Source of the DNA: an uncultured Opitutia bacterium
Lineage (GTDB): Bacteria; Verrucomicrobiota; Verrucomicrobiia; Opitutales; Opitutaceae
Length of the DNA: 64,000 nt
Direction of reading: 5' to 3'
Assembly: GCA_903900845.1 (NCBI GenBank)
Contig: CAIUOU010000079.1
Location: 3,264 to 67,263 of the forward strand
Shown one piece after another: positions 61,150 to 64,000 of the stretch (position 1 is its first letter; each line of letters begins with the position of its first letter). The position numbers and the translations under genes were made by a program. Under the pieces are notes generated by a model, which worked only from the letters and a program-made list of their open reading frames with translations, made no database searches and was not told the DNA's origin.

Positions 61150-62166
61150 ATGAAAACCAAACCTGCCGTCAGCGTCGCCGAGTGGAAAGCGATTGTCGCG
61201 GAGTTCCAGAGGCCCTCCCGGGGCCGCGCCTCGTGGCAGCTCGTCAACACGCTCGGCGGCTACGCCCTGCTCTGGGCGCTGATGTACTGGAGCCTCACCG
61301 TCTCCGCCTGGCTTACCGCGGGGCTGGCGATTCTGGCGGGTGGATTCCTCGTCCGCATCTTCATCATATTCCACGATTGCGGGCACGGTTCCTTCCTGAA
61401 GTCCCGCGTGGCCAATGATGTCGCCGGCTTCGTCTGCGGGATGCTCACTTTCACTCCCTACCACCACTGGCGCTGGGAACACGCGCTGCATCACGCCAGT
61501 TCCGGCGATCTCGACCGTCGCGGCGTGGGCGACATCTGGACGATGACCGTGCGTGAATATCTCGCCGCGCCGCGCTGGCGGCGCGTGGCCTACCGCCTCT
61601 CCCGTAATCCCGGCGTGCTGTTCCTCCTCGCGCCTGCGCCGCTCTTCCTGATCCGGGAGCGCTTCCCCTCCCCCAAGGCCAACGCGCGCGAGCGCAACTC
61701 GGTTTGGTGGATGAACCTCGCCGTCGCCGCCATGGTGGGAGCGATGGTCTGGATGTTCGGCTGGCAGGCCTACCTTTTGATCCAGATCACGATCTCGCTG
61801 GTCGGCGGAGCACTGGGCGTCTGGATGTTCTACGTGCAGCACCAGTTTGATGACGTCTACTGGGAACGCGGCGAGGAATGGGACTACACCGCCGCCGCCC
61901 TACAAGGGAGCTCGTTTTACCGCCTGCCGAAGGTCCTGCAGTGGTTCTCGGGCAACATCGGCTTCCATCACATCCACCACCTGAGTCCGCGCATCCCGAA
62001 CTACAACCTGGAGCGCTGCCACAACTCCCACCCGATTTTCACGGAGGTTAAACCGCTCACCTTCTTGCGCAGCCTCAAATCGATCAACCTGCACCTGTGG
62101 GACGAACAGGCGCGCCGCTTGGTGAGTTTCGGCGACCTCCGCGGAAGACCCCAACCTTCCTCCTGA
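61150..62166 (+). CDS. Membrane fatty acid desaturase
   Basis: Start moved to ATG 61150. Three His boxes HDCGH, HALHH and HHIHH, plus FYVQHQF and RIPNYNL. Confidence 0.93.
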   Translation: MKTKPAVSVAEWKAIVAEFQRPSRGRASWQLVNTLGGYALLWALMYWSLTVSAWLTAGLAILAGGFLVRIFIIFHDCGHGSFLKSRVANDVAGFVCGMLTFTPYHHWRWEHALHHASSGDLDRRGVGDIWTMTVREYLAAPRWRRVAYRLSRNPGVLFLLAPAPLFLIRERFPSPKANARERNSVWWMNLAVAAMVGAMVWMFGWQAYLLIQITISLVGGALGVWMFYVQHQFDDVYWERGEEWDYTAAALQGSSFYRLPKVLQWFSGNIGFHHIHHLSPRIPNYNLERCHNSHPIFTEVKPLTFLRSLKSINLHLWDEQARRLVSFGDLRGRPQPSS

Positions 62167-62179
62167 TTGACTCTAAAAA

Positions 62180-62251
62180 AGGGGTCAGGGCGCTGAAGGT
62201 TTAGGACAGCCCCGAATAGAGGCTCCTTAAACGCCCAACGCCCTGACCCCT
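62180..62251 (+). repeat. REP-like palindromic element, copy A
   Basis: Perfect 13-bp terminal inverted repeat AGGGGTCAGGGCG (62180-62192) / CGCCCTGACCCCT (62239-62251). The interior is homologous to copy B. Confidence 0.8.
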
Positions 62252-62268
62252 GAGGGTGAAGCGAGCCT

Positions 62269-62361
62269 TTACTTCTTGGCGCGCTTCGCCGCCTTCTTCT
62301 GCTTGGGGCTTTGCTTAGCCGGCTTCTTGGTCTGCTTACGTGCGTTTTGTGACTTGGCCAT
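62269..62361 (-). CDS. 30-aa Lys-rich small protein (MAKSQNARKQTKKPAKQSPKQKKAAKRAKK)
   Basis: Translated by hand; below the ORF-track cutoff. ATG to TAA, 22 bp downstream of rpoZ on the same strand. All 11 Lys codons are AAG. Confidence 0.65.
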   Translation of the reverse strand: MAKSQNARKQTKKPAKQSPKQKKAAKRAKK

Positions 62362-62383
62362 AAGAGTGAGATTTTCCCGAAGC

Positions 62384-62608
62384 CTAGCGGCGGCTGGCGA
62401 TGATATCGGCGGCGCTCGCCTCCTCGTAACTGATCTTCTTTTCGGCGATTTCCCGGAGGGCGATGTCCTCGGGGGCGAGCTTTTCTAGCGACTCCACCAG
62501 GGCGCGATTACCCTGCTTGAGCTGCTTGACCCGTCGGGAGACCATGTTGATCAGCACATTCGGGTCGTCGACGACGAGAAGAGCGCTCTGCAGGTAATCG
62601 TTTCGCAT
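62384..62608 (-). CDS. rpoZ: RNA polymerase omega subunit
   Basis: Start moved to ATG 62608. 74 aa; LINMVSRRVKQL and DIALREIAEKKI match the omega pattern (LVxxASKRARQL / xALxEIxxGKI). Confidence 0.82.
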   Translation of the reverse strand: MRNDYLQSALLVVDDPNVLINMVSRRVKQLKQGNRALVESLEKLAPEDIALREIAEKKISYEEASAADIIASRR

Positions 62609-62796
62609 GGTGGACGGGCAGCAGAGCTCTCGGAATGAGTGAAGCAGGAAACCCGATTTCCCGCACAACACGGCTGAGGGCAAGACCGTCCGCGCAGGAT
62701 CGGAAAATAGCGATAACCAACCGTGACTTAGCTGACATTTCGGCTAACGGGTTCGCGGGAGAACGCTTTAGGTCATAAAGTTTTCCCCCCAGCCTC

Positions 62797-62877
62797 CCCA
62801 AGGGGTCAGGGCGTTAAACGTTTAGAATGCCTCTATTCGAACCTGCTCCCGAACGCTCAACGCCCTGACCCCTTGGG
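62797..62877 (-). repeat. REP-like palindromic element, copy B (inverted relative to copy A)
   Basis: Perfect 19-bp inverted repeat CCCAAGGGGTCAGGGCGTT/AACGCCCTGACCCCTTGGG. Read on the - strand it shares CGAATAGAGGC and TAAACG..AACGCCCTGACCCCT with copy A. Confidence 0.82.
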
Positions 62878-62883
62878 TGGGGG

Positions 62884-63918
62884 CTACAAGCCGGTGGCGC
62901 TCAGCGCTCGATAGTAGATCCAGTGTCCAAAGTCGTTTGGATGATTAATGTTGTTGGCCAGCAGATCCTCGGGACGCTTCCGCTCGGTCATCGCCTGCCA
63001 TAGGCCGTAAACGTCCGCGTGAGCGCTGCCCGTCGCCACCGCCACCCGGGCCGTGATCGTGGCATACTCGTCCATCCGCCGTGTGCCGTGCACCCAGCGG
63101 GGATTCGGCGGGAAGGTTGAAACAAGCACGACGGCCGCGCCGGTGCCGGACCTCACGCGAGTGACGATCTCGGTGAGCTGCCGTTCAAAATCCGCCGGCG
63201 GCACGCCGCGCCGGTTGTGGTCGTTCATGCCGAAAGCCACCAGCACGAGGTCGGGTCGAGCATCCAGCACCTTGGTCCGCAGGCGCTCCAGCCCGCGCGT
63301 CGTCGTGTCGCCGCCGGTGGCGCCATTCACCCCGGCGATCCGGGCCCCGGGATATTTCGCCTGCAGATCCGCGATCCATCGCCGCCAGAACACCAGGTCG
63401 GGACTCGAGGCCTCGCCTCCGTTGGCTATGCTGTCGCCGAAGGCCACGACTATGAACGGCCCTCCCGCTGCCAGCCGCGCGCGGGCCGCGGCCAGCGGAT
63501 CGCCCGGCGCCGGCGTCGGGTACCAGCGAAAAGCGTCGGCGGAATCGTAATCGGCGTAGGCGAAAAACGGCAGGTTTCCGTAACCCGGAAATTTCGTGTG
63601 ATCGAACTCAGCCTGGCCGAACAAGACGTTGGTCCGGAAATCGGGCAGACGCGACCCGGGCAGACGGGTGACCGTGCCCTTGTCATGATCAACGCGATAA
63701 TCGCGCCCCTCCTCGTAAGTCACCGTGCCCGCGCCCGGGCGATAGGTGTTGCGTAACCGCAGGGCCGCACCCCGCGCCGGCCGAAAAGCGAGCGGGCTCG
63801 GTTCCTCGCCAAAGAAGACCACCGATTCCCCATTTTGCGTGTTCAACGGCGCCGGGCTGGGCGCGACGCAACCGGCGCCGAGACCCACCGCCACCACCCC
63901 GCTGAGAAGAGCGAACAA
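62884..63918 (-). CDS. SGNH/GDSL hydrolase, probable lipoprotein; the true start may lie further upstream
   Basis: FGDSIANG (block I), GATGG (block II), FGMND (block III), NHPN (block V) and an N-terminal GLGAGC. The frame stays open from 63918 to the window end. Confidence 0.85.
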   Translation of the reverse strand: MFALLSGVVAVGLGAGCVAPSPAPLNTQNGESVVFFGEEPSPLAFRPARGAALRLRNTYRPGAGTVTYEEGRDYRVDHDKGTVTRLPGSRLPDFRTNVLFGQAEFDHTKFPGYGNLPFFAYADYDSADAFRWYPTPAPGDPLAAARARLAAGGPFIVVAFGDSIANGGEASSPDLVFWRRWIADLQAKYPGARIAGVNGATGGDTTTRGLERLRTKVLDARPDLVLVAFGMNDHNRRGVPPADFERQLTEIVTRVRSGTGAAVVLVSTFPPNPRWVHGTRRMDEYATITARVAVATGSAHADVYGLWQAMTERKRPEDLLANNINHPNDFGHWIYYRALSATGL

Positions 63919-64000
63919 AACGAATACTCCCCGCGACGACCTCCAGCCTGGGTTTTTTCCGCCCGTATTCGCCGTCGGCCAGCCGGGTAACTCGGCAGGC

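Overview
GC-rich bacterial DNA, most consistent with Verrucomicrobiota (Opitutaceae-like). That placement is inferred from gene style, not from a marker search. The first ~32.5 kb is an uptake island with eight ~1000-aa TonB-dependent receptor (TBDR) genes, five of them in an uninterrupted tandem array on the - strand (1895-17800). It also holds a sulfatase, a Phd/RelE toxin-antitoxin pair, a secreted TPR protein of unknown function and two Tat-exported oxidoreductases. No SusD-type partner and no tonB/exbBD gene is visible. The rest is mostly housekeeping: a His-rich membrane protein divergent from hemF-hemE, ileS-dksA-lspA, acnA-STAS-trpB-yicC, a peroxiredoxin, a Zn peptidase, a second sulfatase, a large propeller/cytochrome c protein, an RlmI-like methyltransferase and a thymidine phosphorylase homologue whose catalytic motifs are rewritten. 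Then come a ninth TBDR with a secreted Dabb protein, tspO, an oxidoreductase, a ring-cleaving dioxygenase, a CIA30 protein, a desaturase, rpoZ with an unlisted 30-aa basic ORF flanked by two REP-like palindromic elements, and an SGNH hydrolase. No rRNA, tRNA, CRISPR array, transposase or integrase was recognised. Most start codons were moved downstream of the ORF-track starts.
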